Positions 12,576 to 25,349 of a stretch of DNA of 64,000 bases are shown one piece after another (within the stretch, counting starts at the first letter, position 1; every line of letters starts with the position of its first letter). This stretch comes from Antedon mediterranea (Eukaryota; Animalia; Echinodermata). Location of the stretch: the NCBI RefSeq assembly GCF_964355755.1, contig NC_092677.1, positions 6,470,101 to 6,534,100 on the forward strand, given 5' to 3'. Under the pieces are notes generated by a model. It searched no databases and was not told the DNA's origin. It was given only the letters and a program-made list of their open reading frames with translations. Made by a program: the position numbers and the translations under genes.

Positions 12576-13514
12576 GATAGATATTTTGCTTTGAAGAATG
12601 GTATTCTGTGCATTGGATTCGTTTGCCATCAAGTAAGAACTAACATGGACCCGAAAAATGTATATTTATGTTACGATTACATTTTTTGGCTCCAACAATA
12701 CTAATACATTGCTAGCGTAATAATAGGTCGGTGTACAAATTAATTCGTCTATGAAAAACATAATTATGAAACTCTACCGGAATTTGCTTGTCACATGATG
12801 TTATTGCTTCGACGTATGTACAATCTGTATTTTAATATTCTTGGATGACTGATTGTGAACATCCATTGTCTTATTTTAAAGAGCAAATCACAGTCCGAAA
12901 ACTGCAAAAACGGTCTTTTCTTTCTCGCTCGACCGTAATGTAGCCGGTGAAGTTATGGCCTTAGCTATTTAGATATCACTTTCGCATTTACCCACAATGA
13001 AGACGTAATGAAATATTGAACTAGGTATCCACTCAGTGTGTCCATATATGGTTTTGTTTAGGCCTACGTAAATAGGCTATACAGTGTTTAAACATGGAAT
13101 AAAGATTACTCAATGGTTTAAAATATATATTATTGCAAATGCAATTTTGTTTTCCGATTCCTCTCAAAACAACTGAGAAAGGGGGAAAAGCGAAAACATC
13201 AAGCATTAACATCGGGATTTAATTCGTCTGAAGTTACAACCTAACCATTGTTGGGTACCAATTATGTACCACAAACCCACCACAAATATACATGTACACA
13301 GTATACAGTAGTAAAAGAATATTATTCAGCAGCAGCTAGGGGGTCTCTCGGCGATCTTAAAAATAGTCGTCGCGACGTACTCTGCTGACTGATTAAAAAG
13401 TTGTTAACAATGTTAATTAATTGTTAATTAAGTAAGAATATTAATAGGAATTACTCAATATTTTAAATTAGTCAAACTCTCTGAGATTGTTTTAGTGTTG
13501 TAAATCCAATTATA

Positions 13515-14060
13515 TAGTAGGCCAAGCCTAGGCCTCCCTAATCTAACCTATAGCCTAGCTAGGCTAGCCTAGGCCTAGGCCTATGCCTAATACTATTATT
13601 AGGCTAGGCCTAGACTTTTTTTAGGAGACGGGCAGACCACCACCAGGTCCGCTGCAAGCCTGCCTAGGCATATGAAGTCTCTAGACCTGGAGTAGGTTAT
13701 ACAGTACTTAGGTTTAGCCTAGGTAGTAGGCCAATCAGGCTTATAATAATTAATAGATAATACTTAATAGCCATGCCTAATACTAGGAGACCTAGGCCTA
13801 GTCTTCTAATTAATAGACTAACTAACTAAGTCTAAAAAGCCTAACCTATAGGCCTAGTTCAAAATAAATGATTTTGAATAGAATAGTTTGAATTTGATAT
13901 AAAAAGTTTGCGGTACACCACATAGTTCTGAAGAGAACTGTTGAGTTTCGATCAATACACCTCATCGGGAGTGAGAATGTTTTGCGTTAAATATGAAATG
14001 TACAGTACTAGTAGGTCTATGATGAGGTACTAGGCCTAGGCCTGGTCTACTTCTAATAAA
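13515..14060. other. TAGGCCTA/CTAG-rich patch (inferred NKAPD1 first intron)
   Basis: Follows a gtaag donor at about 13432; acceptor tttcag at about 14152. Confidence 0.7.
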
Positions 14061-14184
14061 ACTAGACATGCTTTAATGACACTACAGTAGACCAACGTTT
14101 TTTTTTCAACCTAATTTAAGGTCACAAACTTAACTAATTTCATTATTTTCAGAGTGATGTGCTATTCAAAATAAGAAATACAGT

Positions 14185-17100
14185 ATGGACTCGGTAAATT
14201 TGAGATTAATATTAAGTGCTTATAAACATGACAATTTGAACTACTGTAAACAATACTAACTACTGTATAATAAACTAAACATGTTTTTAATAAATCCTGC
14301 ATTAGTATTATATTTCTTTCTATTCCCCTATAATTTTTATTCTGCTCTATTTTAGATTTTAAAATTCATATAAAAGAGTAAACCTATTTAATTTTTACAT
14401 AAATTGTTGTAGCCCTTTTAATAAAACCAACAATTGTGTTTTTATGATACAGAATGGTAAAATCACAGTACGATATCTAGACAGAAAATTTGTCAAAAAT
14501 GTAATTCGTCACACAGATGTTCACAATCGCAGGCAGGAGCAGGATGAGATGTGGCGAGCGAGAAAATCTGAACTGAAGGAAACAAGTAGAAAGCGTAAGC
14601 ACAGTTCAAGGTATCTATGTTCTGAATTTATTTACTTTTTTGTATTTGGTTGATTCTCGCAATACCATACTTTAGTTAAAATGGAAATGTCTTCCAAAAC
14701 TTGCCTTTCCTTCCAAAACTTGCCTTTCCTTCCAAAACTTGCCTTTCCTTGTTCAAAGTTAAAAATTTAAACATATAGGCCAGCTCAAGAGATGGTAATT
14801 AAGAAATGGTTAAGAAATTGTGTAGCCTAATGGGAAAGGGACTGACCACACACTGAACTACTCAACATAAAAAAAATGTTCATACTGTAGATGCTTACAG
14901 AGCAGCTCAATCAACCTTCATTATTTATTGTAAATCATAAAGTTGAACATACTTTGTATAGGAAGTAGTTTTACTGTGTACAGTATAGTCTTTTCATAGA
15001 TTATTTCTCCATGGTCGGTTACAGGAAATCATTAATATAATGGTTTATTAATGTTAAACTTCCCATCATCTTCCTGTTTTTACATTTGTATGTTGCTATT
15101 GAAACACTTTCTTTAACTTTGATGTAACAAATATCTGGAGTTGCTGGCACCACAAAATCCAGTCCAAATAGTGTTATGAAAAAAATATAAAATAAAATTG
15201 AGTACTGTATTTTGAATTATTTCACATTCAAAATTGTTTTATTTTCTAAGTAATAATTAACTTGCAATTGCATGCAGAAAAAAAAACACCACAATTTGCT
15301 TTATAATTGATATGATTGATTTTTGGAACGAAAAACATAGAGTTAAGTGCAGTATGATACCATGACAACAAATTGAAAAGAGTTAGATCAGTAACTAAAA
15401 TATATTTAATTTGATAATTTAACTGAAATAAATACTGTCTACTATTGTTTTAAAATGTCACGAATAAAATCAATTTCCAAATACATCTGGTTTTCCAGAT
15501 TGTTTGGTATTTGGAATGTTTTTGGGGGGTTTTTTGGGACTCTTTGGACCTCAAAAAAAGTATAGTATTGGGAGAGTTAATTGTATTATTTTATAATTTA
15601 AAATAAATCACCATGTGCTGTATAAACTCTCAACACAAATTCATTTTGTTATTCATAGTCATTCAAGATCAAGACAAAAGAAGGAATTAAACGATGATTA
15701 CCATCGTCTTGCAAACAATGTGAAGAGAGAGATTACCAAATGTAATCCATTAAATTCTGACAGGTCAGTTTATGAAACATTTTTGTGACAATTCTACACT
15801 GAAGTGGAGTGGAGTTGTGGCTTGGTGGTTATGATGCTTGTTAATATCAATACAAAACACAATGTATTGCATAGTGTACTTGCATAGCATAAACTTAAAG
15901 ACCCCTTCCCTGCAATTTTGGACGTTTTTTGGAAAATAATACATATATATCACTTTAAAAACATTAAACCATGTCATTCCTTGTCTTAAATGTACGTTTT
16001 ATGGTAAATTATGATAAAAAGTGAGAAACAATGCACTACCTAAGTAGCTCGCGGCGATCGACCTCTCGTGGACGGTCTTAGGCCTAGCCTATCTAGGCTT
16101 AGTTTTGTAGGCCTAGCTGGTAAACATCGATAACGTACGAACATCGTACGCTAGCTATATACCTAGCCTGATGTTTTATAGTTGCTGCATTAATTGTCTT
16201 TCTATTTTTGCCAGACTCCGTTGATACAAATTGGGGAAAACCCGGTATTTTCGCTGAAAAGTTAGGAGTCTTCCATTTGTTTTGGCTTCACGATCGATCG
16301 AAAAGTGGGCGAATTACAGGTGAAAAACAAAAATATCAATCCGCGCGCAATGCATTTTGGGATTTATAGCGGGCCTCTATAATTATTAGAATCGATTTAT
16401 TTTTCACATTTTTAACCGTTTAAAGACGAAAAAAGTTATCGCAATAGGACCATATAGTATTATTTTTACATTAAATATAGTTTGTGATCTTAAAATAGAT
16501 CTAAAAAACGTAGGGAATGGGGCTTTAATGAGAAGAGTCAAGGTGGGCACTGGACGAGAGAAGCCCTTGATCAATGTCAGGACCAATCAAGGTGCTTTAA
16601 ACTGTCCTGGCTTTGTTTGTATCAAACTTGTTAGTGGCGGTAATTATCGCTGTTGGTTTCGATTGAATAAAATAAAAAATAAAAATAAAATAAAGAGAGG
16701 AAAATTATAACACTATAAAGAATATATTTGGATTGTATTGGATTCTATCCCAGAAAAAAATGTATACAAAAAAACATAAATTACAAACTAAGTCAACCAA
16801 GTTGTGTGTGTGTGTGTCTATATCGTGCCTAGCTGCAATTTTTTCATTATCCTGAATGTGTGGGTGTTAATTCAAAACATGCCTGTTGATTTTCAGGAAA
16901 ATCAGTTTATGGGTATGGTAACTTAATCAAGGAAAATCTGTATTCTTTGAACGATAGGCCAAAATATCAACAAGCACTTCACTTAGTTTCTGAGCCTATG
17001 AATGAGAGTGCTTTCATTTAAAGTTTTTAGTTAATAAACAAAATTAAATAAACTTAAGGTTTACTTACACTACACTTGTAAGGCATGTTGTAAACATTTG

Positions 17101-19115
17101 GTATTTTGTATAGTTTTTAGTTAACAACATTTTGTTTGTATAGTTTTTAAAAGTTTTACATAAAGTGTACTCTATAGTATCACATAAAAACAAATAGCCG
17201 CTTTTGTTTACAATCAATCTATACCTAACTCTCTTTTTTTGTGATGTCATCATCATTATTTATTTCTTTGTGACATCAATATAATGTTCTTCTACCTATC
17301 TCACAACACAATTCACCACCCACACAAATTGGTATATTGTACTTTTTATTTGACAATAGAGAGGTTTCGCAATCTTACGAATACGATAACGAAAACGGAT
17401 ACGTCACGAACACTCATTCCTAATTCAAATGCAAAATGTGCAAAATAGATCAAAAACTATACTCGTTTTGTAGTTACGAATATGACTGGTGATATTCGTC
17501 AACACGAATACGCTTTACGAATATGAAATGGGGATCAGCTCAAAAGTTTCACAAATGTGTGACGTATCCGTTTTCGTTATCGTATTCGTAAGGTTGCGAA
17601 ACCTCCCTAAAACCAAGCTGTTTGGTATTTGATAGCCATTTAATGGTTTTATTCAACTTTAAGTAATCCTATTGCAAATTTGTCATTACTGTGGTATACA
17701 TATTTGATTTTAATGTCTTTTGGTTGACATGGAAACGTCTGCGTCTAAAGAATATCATGCAGGATCTAGGGATCAAACATTATCTAAATCAATTTTTGGG
17801 TACAATTTTCTCATAAGGTTGAATGTTGTAGCCTTAATACTGTGTTACAATTATTGGTATGGAACATGTTTGAGCAAACTATAGTGAATTACAAATTCAT
17901 ATCCCTCTCTAAACAATAAATTGAAACATTTTAAATTAATAATAGGACAATTCAATGTCTAATTTATAGCCTTTACCACAAATTGGATTAAAAATATATA
18001 TTTATATAGAGAAAAAAATATTCTGTCCATTGTCAACAAAACTTCTGGTTAAATAATGTATAGCTGTTTATTTGTCTTTTGTTAACAAAAATCATTCAAC
18101 TTAAAACTACCGCAAAGTTAGTCATCTTTAATAATATTCTTCTTGTTTTTTGGGGGTCAATAGTTTTTTATATTCATTTACTATATTATTCAGAAAACTA
18201 TAAATAACGGCAATTTAAGTAAATTGTTTATTTATGCCTAATATTAATAATAAACTATGAAAGTAGAATGCATTACCCAAATCACTGAAAAATCACCATT
18301 ATGATTTGTAAAATTCAATATTTTGATGTTGAATATTTGTGTTACTTCATGTATTGATAATTGTTACATTATTTCATCGGCAATTGATTCTTATATTTTT
18401 TACTTTTTTGATAAACCATAAAAAATAGATTTTTGGTACGTTTTGGCTAACTAGGATCGGTAGCCTTATTCACGCAAGTGACGTGTTGATTGATTGTCTT
18501 CACTCATCGTGTCTCGGTTCTCGGTGCTGTCTAGCGCCACCACTTGTTATTGTGTGGGTTTTTGCTTGTATTCCCCCTTAAATGTCGCATGTCTTGGGTG
18601 CAACTAAGTAGCTGTCATCATATAGTAAGTCGACTTTTTATGGTTTGTCAAGAAGGAAAGAAATACAAAACCATGTGATTTTTTTATAATAAATAAAGTA
18701 CTTATGTTTGGTTTATTTAGATGGTCTCACAATGGGTTTCTCGAACTTTATCCAGAGGACGAGGAATGCGAAGAAGAGAAAAAGATAACAAAATCTAAAC
18801 ACAAGCGGTAATTGATAAATCTATTTTTTTTGTATGAAAGAATTAACGTAATATTAATGTTTTTGGGGTGGGGGGGGGGGGCAATACATCTTTAAATGGT
18901 ATACAAAAAGACCACTTTTTATTTGTTTATATTCTAGAATAAAAAAGAAAAAGTCTAAAAAGAAACGCCAACAAAGTGATAGCTCAGATAGTACAATAAC
19001 AACAGATTCAAGTTCAAATGAAGGTCAAACCTCTGAAGAGGAAAGAAAGAAACATAAAAGGAGTAGAAAACACAGAAAGAAAAGAAAGAAAAAACATAAA
19101 AAGGCAGAGAAATGA
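14185..19115 (+). CDS. NKAPD1: NKAP domain-containing protein 1 (C11orf57), about 178 aa
   Basis: Exons 14185-14193 (MDS, least certain), 14453-14610, 15659-15763, 18721-18807, 18938-19115, in frame. KNVIRHTDVHNRRQEQDEMW and DRWSHNGFLELYPED resemble the two conserved NKAPD1 blocks (human [20 protein letters not shown] and DRWGHSGYKELYPEE, from recall). K/R/S-rich tail; AATAAA at about 19356. Confidence 0.9.
14691..14750. repeat. 19-bp tandem repeat, 3 copies
   Basis: cttccaaaacttgcctttc repeated. Confidence 0.85.
15895..16528. mobile_element. TTAA-flanked non-autonomous DNA transposon (Kolobok-like MITE) in an NKAPD1 intron
   Basis: Termini ttaaagaccccttccct ... agggaatggggctttaa form imperfect TIRs with TTAA at both ends. 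Confidence 0.7.
17357..17609. mobile_element. MITE with approx. 50-bp TIRs, TA-flanked
   Basis: tagagaggtttcgcaatcttacgaatacgataacgaaaacggatacgtcac ... gtgacgtatccgttttcgttatcgtattcgtaaggttgcgaaacctcccta. Confidence 0.9.
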
Positions 19116-20141
19116 GAATTTTGTTTATTTTGTTGTTTGTATAATTTAAACCAGAAAAGTACTTTAAGTTTCAGGCACAAACTGTGATAATGTGTGCTTA
19201 CTTACGAGTTCATACTGTTTAATATATAAACCAACATGGTTGGGTTGTATTTATTTTAACTATTCATTATACATTTATTTACATTTCTAGCGCATCAGCT
19301 ACCTATAAACCATGGAGAAATGGTGGGTATTACATGTCACAGATAGATTTTGTAAATAAAATGTTATAGATTTTTACAAATAAATAGCTTTTATATTGCA
19401 TTATGTTTAAAGGAATAATCTGTTTAGTTGAATTCTGTTTTTATACCTCCATGGTTCCATTTCTGTTTGTCAGGGGATTTGTATTACATCAGGCCATACA
19501 CATTTATTCAATCATTAATTTGTCTATGGTTTGCCCTAGTTTGTAGTATTACCAAAGATTTTATATAGCTGAAGGCTTATTACACCTCTCCGAGTATTGC
19601 ATTTTTTTGGTAGAAAAAGTAATTTTTGAAATGAAACTTACATCTTTCCATTTGGTTTTGTGCCAATATGAAAATACAGACAATTTAGATTGGCTCAAAA
19701 ACAGGCCTACACATAATTATTTCATTAGGCCTACTTTCAAAAGGTGGAATGGCGCCAACTATTTTATCCAATGTCACGTTCTTTTGTTCCGTTTCATATC
19801 GTTTTATCATATAAGTACATATGTTGAATCAGTAGATGCATTTTTTTCCCTTTTTGATGAATTTGATGGAATAGATTTATGATCCTCTTCAAAACAGTTA
19901 TGTTCATTTATATGTGCCTCCTATTTTTTCATCCATAACAACAGAGAACAGAGTGTGAACAATCTTTTTTTTTGTAGGAGGGGGTGGGGGGGAGGGAAGG
20001 TGCGGGAGTGCACATAATTAAAACCAAAATGCCCCATCCCATGATGCTGACTACTGGATTATTACAGCCAACCCTGCCTTAATCCTCTTTAGCCATTTGG
20101 CTTGCAATTGTACTGAAACTGTAAAGATTATCTACTGTGTA

Positions 20142-20250
20142 GATGATGGTCAATTGGATCACCGTCCGACAAACACAACCTTCACTGTTCTGTTTGATGA
20201 TGGTTAATTGGATCACCGTCCCACAAACACAACTTTCACTGTTCTGTTTG
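20142..20250. repeat. Approx. 54-bp tandem duplication
   Basis: gatgatggt(c/t)aattggatcaccgtcc...caaacacaac(c/t)ttcactgttctgtttg occurs twice. Confidence 0.85.
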
Positions 20251-20991
20251 TACGGACAGGATTTCATTTGATGAAAGATGAAATGTTCTAGTTTCATTCG
20301 GCGTTGCCTCATGAAATTATTTTGCACATTGCACTGATTAATCATAAACATTCATTATTTATACACTCTCTGCGAGGTAAACTTCAAAGCATTTAAGTAC
20401 AGTTTGACCCTGAATATGGATTTTCAGCTAGGGATCTTGGTATGGTATTCATATTAATAGGCTAATGGTATTACAATTATTAATCTCTTCAATGAAAACC
20501 AAGTTTAGGTGACATTGTATTTAAATGACCCTTAAAACCCACTTCCTGTTCACAGTAAAAACTAGGTCAATGTTGTTTGACGCAATAATCTGCTTCTTCG
20601 CATGATGTTAGGATTTTAAAAGAAGGCAGTTAATATAGTACTGTATTTCGTTTCTATCCTAGATATTATCTACAGTAGAATGGGAACCAAATACACTACA
20701 GTATTAAAAGGCAACTCCGCGTTTGAAATTGCTGTTTAGTTATTTATAAAGATTTGCAATTGTTAGATTGGGATTTTAACGTTGATTATAGTTTTTCCGT
20801 TGAGTACTTATTTAATAACGGAGAATCTAGAGCGTGTTCTCAACAAAAAGGCTTGCATTGTTTACGTTTTCTAATCGAATGATTTTATTTTAAGCACAAT
20901 CCGTTTTACAGTTTACCATCTTTTTGTTGTTGTCAATGACCCCATTTTGAAAGCGGTGAAGCATAACGAGTGAAATAAGCTCCTTTTTAGA

Positions 20992-21642
20992 AAACAAGGC
21001 CAACAGCCATTAAGTCGCGTGCTACAATGCATAGTGATACCGGACCGACAGACAGACCGACCGACAATCATAGTGAACTATACTGACCGAAATTACTGAA
21101 CATGTATAACGTAATTTCGAGTTGAAAAGTAAGTCAAGAAAACAGAAATCGGGCAAAAGGAGTGCGCAACAACATTTAACGTGCAGTTCGCGCGCAAAAA
21201 TCTGCGCACTCATGGCAATTTTGTAAACGCTTAAAATTGCCTGAAACGTACTCTTATTTCATCGAAAATAAATTTTGAACATTTTAAGCGCGCGTACGCA
21301 TGCGTTACATGCGCTACGCACGTAATTGTATTGCCATATGATGATTTATGCCCTGAAATTTATGAGTACCAAATTTTATTTAATTGTGATTCATGGTTGT
21401 TAAGATATGATTACAAACGTGCGTGCGTAGACCGTGTAATTTTTTATTGCGCACCGTGAAAACATAACCACATCGATTCCTGGCCATAAGGAATATTCTG
21501 TGAAAAATTGACTTAGCTAGATTAAACTGATATCAAGATAAGGTCATAAAGCGATAAAACGCATAGTGATACCGGACCGACAGACAGACCGACCAACCGA
21601 CCGACATAGTGAACTATAGAGTCGCTTCCACGCGACTAAAAA
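20992..21642 (+). mobile_element. Non-autonomous Helentron/HINE (DINE-1-like) element
   Basis: Starts aaacaag...agtcgcgtg, carries an internal direct repeat with (gacc/gaca)n microsatellite at about 21030-21081 and 21562-21618, and ends in the hairpin agtcgc-ttccac-gcgact followed by aaaa. Confidence 0.65.
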
Positions 21643-23293
21643 TCTGTAGCTACTCTTTAATGGAACAGTCTTTAGAATAATATGTGGAATTGATTTTTGG
21701 TAAGAAAAAGAAACATTTCATTACTACAGCAAGCAACATTTTAATTCTTTAACCTACTATAGGGTCATCAACACAATTGACCACTTGAATTCTAGACTTT
21801 GGAAAATTGAATTGAATAATTTTCATACATAATGTTATATTACTATTTAAATTATTTACAATTGTACCAATATAATTAAGTTACTTAAAAAATTAAACTA
21901 ATTTTTGAAGCAGCAGTTATATGGCTCAAATATTTAATAATACTAAGCCAACATTACAGTAATGGTCAAACCAGCTGGTGTAAAACAGTGATTTTCTACA
22001 TTATTTCAGAAATTCCCTGATATTAACCATAGCACCATAGTTAACTAAACAAGACTAATTTATCCAGCTAATACTGAAAGTACCATTCACTTTAGACATC
22101 AATATTCAATTTACAGAATTTTGGCAATAAAAATGTATAGTTTATTTAGGCCTTATCTATCTCAAAATTGGTCTATTTTTCAGAATGTATGTTATAAATA
22201 CTAACAGCAAACAAAAGCAACTTTGGGAGAGTTACAAGGGGCATTGAGAATACCAAGATCTAGAAAAATAAGACCTAAGATCTAGATCTTCATTTTCTAG
22301 ACACCTAGTAGTAGTATTTTCTGACTGAACATGTGTTTTTTTCCTAATTTATTGTGTAAAAATCATTTGTAAAAACATTCTAACCACCATACACAAATAT
22401 TTGAATAAATTTGTTAGCACAAAAGCCAAAGATAAATTGGCAATCATTAATTCAGATAATTGATATACTTATTATTTTTAATAATAAATTATAAATGTAC
22501 AATATATAATTGCTAAATATAAAAACATTAATTTTTAAAATTATTGGACACTATATTTGACACATTACATTAATATACAGTATAAGTTACTGCTATATTA
22601 AAACAGTATAAAGTAGTAAATTATGTAAACAATACATGGACAGTTTTTGAAACTGTGATCTTTGTTTGGTAACATTCTCCAGCAATTTCAAAGGTCTACG
22701 AGATCAAATTAATAAAATATATGTTTAAATAAATAAATCCTATTCAGTATTTTTGGTTGAAAAACATGATTAATGTTATAGTACAATTTACAAACCCTAT
22801 ATATTTTTGTCTATACACTACAGCTGCTTTCACATCACGCCTGGCTTCGATCAGGCGCTCCAAGAAAAATTGGTTTAGTGTTAAAACATAGGACGTTCCC
22901 AACATTGAATCCGTACCGGATTCGGACTCAAAATTCTGAGCGATGGATCAAGAAGCCATTTGTTTCTTGAAATTGTGTGATTTTTTTTCTTTTGACCAAT
23001 TAACAGTGAGCATGAATTGAATAACCTTGCTTGACAAAGGGCATGATGTAAAAGCAGCTTACACATACAAATTCAGATGAGTCTAAAATAGCATGCTTTA
23101 CCTGAGTACTTGTGATCCAATATATTGAGAGTTTATATTACTTTAATCATTACAATCCTCCATGCACTTAATTCATGTGTAATTTTATTATTGTATCAAT
23201 AGGCAGATTATATTTTTGTATAATATTGTATATCATCTGCATTGCAAAATTACCGTATTCCAGTCCAAACCACAACTTTGATAATTATAATGT

Positions 23294-25230
23294 TTAACCA
23301 AGTAGGACCCTCTTTAGTCGGCTGTCTTCGTCTTCAGATTCCGATTCAGAACTGCTTGAAGAATGAGTAGAAGTGCGACATTGAGGTGAGCACAGATACT
23401 GCATCAGAGGAAGACGATATTTACCACAGAAGTCAACAAACTTTATGTTCTCCACTCTCGAATTGAAATAAACTCCTGAAATGAAAGATTGGTTTTTAAA
23501 ATCATGTACTTTTTCTATTGAAAATCATCTTCAGTCAGGAAAAAAAATATGAATGATTTGATATATAACACTAAATGTACACTTGCCAGAAGTATCTACT
23601 GTAGTATTTCCTGGGATGTTTTTTTTTTTGATGATTTTGAATCACCTTATTAATATTACATTAATTATTCTTGAAATGGAATTCGCAGCTCAAGTACAGC
23701 AGTTATGACTATCTAAGTGTGTCAAAATGATTTTCACCGCTTTGAACATAGTCCATACTCTTTAGAATGCTACTAACACCAGTATTAATTTCAGTTTTCT
23801 GTATGAAATAAGCGACTTTGATAACTCCAGAAGGCGCCATATTTCAAAGGCCAACCGGGACAAAAAATCTAGGCTAGAGCGATGATGTAAATTTACATTA
23901 GTGCGCTTGCCTAGATGAAACTTTTTGTCCCGATTGACCTTTGAAATATGGCGCCCTCTGGAGAGATCGCTTATTGAGTGGTACATGTGTAAACAAGACT
24001 TGACCATACCTTTGCAATTAGGATTAACACATTTCTTAGCATGATTTAGATAGTGATATAAATTAGCAGGCAAATCGGTCAAAGAATAACTTAAATGCTG
24101 ATTCTTTACACAACGGGCTGCCAGTTCCAAAAGCGTCGGCGGCTGCCAAGCAAAATCGCGAATAAACCGAACGACCAAAGGATTTCCTCGTAGACTTAAC
24201 TCGCACAGGTTACTCAACGTGATAATTTGTGTTGGAAGCGTTGTCAGCAGGTTATTGTGAAGACTGAGAGATTGTAAACTGGTAAGTTTGGTTAGTTCAG
24301 CAGGTAAGTCTTGTAACTTGTTATCACTAAGTGCTAAGGTTTGTAGATTGCTCAGTGCACCAATTTCTACAGGCAACGTTTTGAGGCGATTACCTCCAAG
24401 GTACAATAGTTCCAACCTGAAAATATAATTTAAATAGTTATTGTTAATCTTAATGATTGATCATAATGACATATGATGAAAACTGTTTTTTCTGTTTTTA
24501 AGGGCAAACTAGGGCCTATATTATTTACCATCTCTATCGTCAATTTTAATCCTAGTAAATTTCTTTATGATGGCAATAAAAGTTTAAAAAAAGATTAGGT
24601 AGGCCTAGGCTAGGGCCTAGATATATCGTTATATTTAATTAGGGCCTCATATTAAATATGTACACAAATTTAAAACACTATCAGTATCATGAACATACAA
24701 AACACAAACTAGGCCCTAGTATAGGCCACTAGGCTAATTTCCCTCCTTTTCTCATACACAGCCCACCAATCTTACCTTCTGAAATTACCAATTTCTCGTG
24801 GGATGTCAGTGATAAAATTACCTCCAATATACAAAAATTTTAAATTTTGTAATTCTGTTAATTGAATAGGAAAATCTACAAAACTATTTCCACTTAAATT
24901 AAGGACTTCTAACACTGGGCATTCGCCGAAATTCTTTGGTAAAGATGATTGATCAATAAGATTGTTTTTTGCTGTGAATGTTTTCAAACATTGTAATTGC
25001 ACTATTTCTTCTGAAATTATCGCCACTTGATTATTGCTAATGTCCAGTTCAACTAAACCAGAAAACTGCGCGAGATTATACGGTAGAAATGTTAGTAAAT
25101 TTCGACTTATGTTTAGGCCCTTCACATCAGCCTTGTTGACTATACGATCCTGGCTTCCGTCGCCTGTGAAAACGTCCAATCCCCGTTGGGACAGATCGAC
25201 AAAGAGATGTTGATTTCCCATATCCATCAT
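23294..25230 (-). CDS. LRRC58: Leucine-rich repeat-containing protein 58, about 347 aa
   Basis: Exons 25230-24776, 24416-24010, 23475-23294, in frame. Tandem LxxLxLxxN repeats, LSLRGNPLVVRFIRD, BC-box-like PPTLLELAARCV, Cys-rich CVNPNCKGVYF...KFVDFCGKYRLPLMQYLCSPQC and C-terminal SESESEDE...KRVLLG*, matching the LRRC58 family. Confidence 0.95.
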
Positions 25231-25349
25231 TGTTGTTTTTGTAGCACTGTAGTGGTATACCTGTGTTGATGTTACCGTACATTCATTTTCACCCTTCCAA
25301 CATAACAACTTCACATCTAAAAATGAGCAAAAATAGACCAAAATTCCAC

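Noticed and set aside
12259-12594. Three overlapping ORFs with repeated peptides; CRISPR-like appearance
   Set aside because: They are translations of a 28-bp tandem repeat; there are no unique spacers and the context is eukaryotic.
22843-22957. U11/U12 snRNA or SECIS identity for the structured element
   Set aside because: Only a loose Sm-like AUUUUUC; no SECIS quartet geometry and no in-frame UGA in LRRC58.
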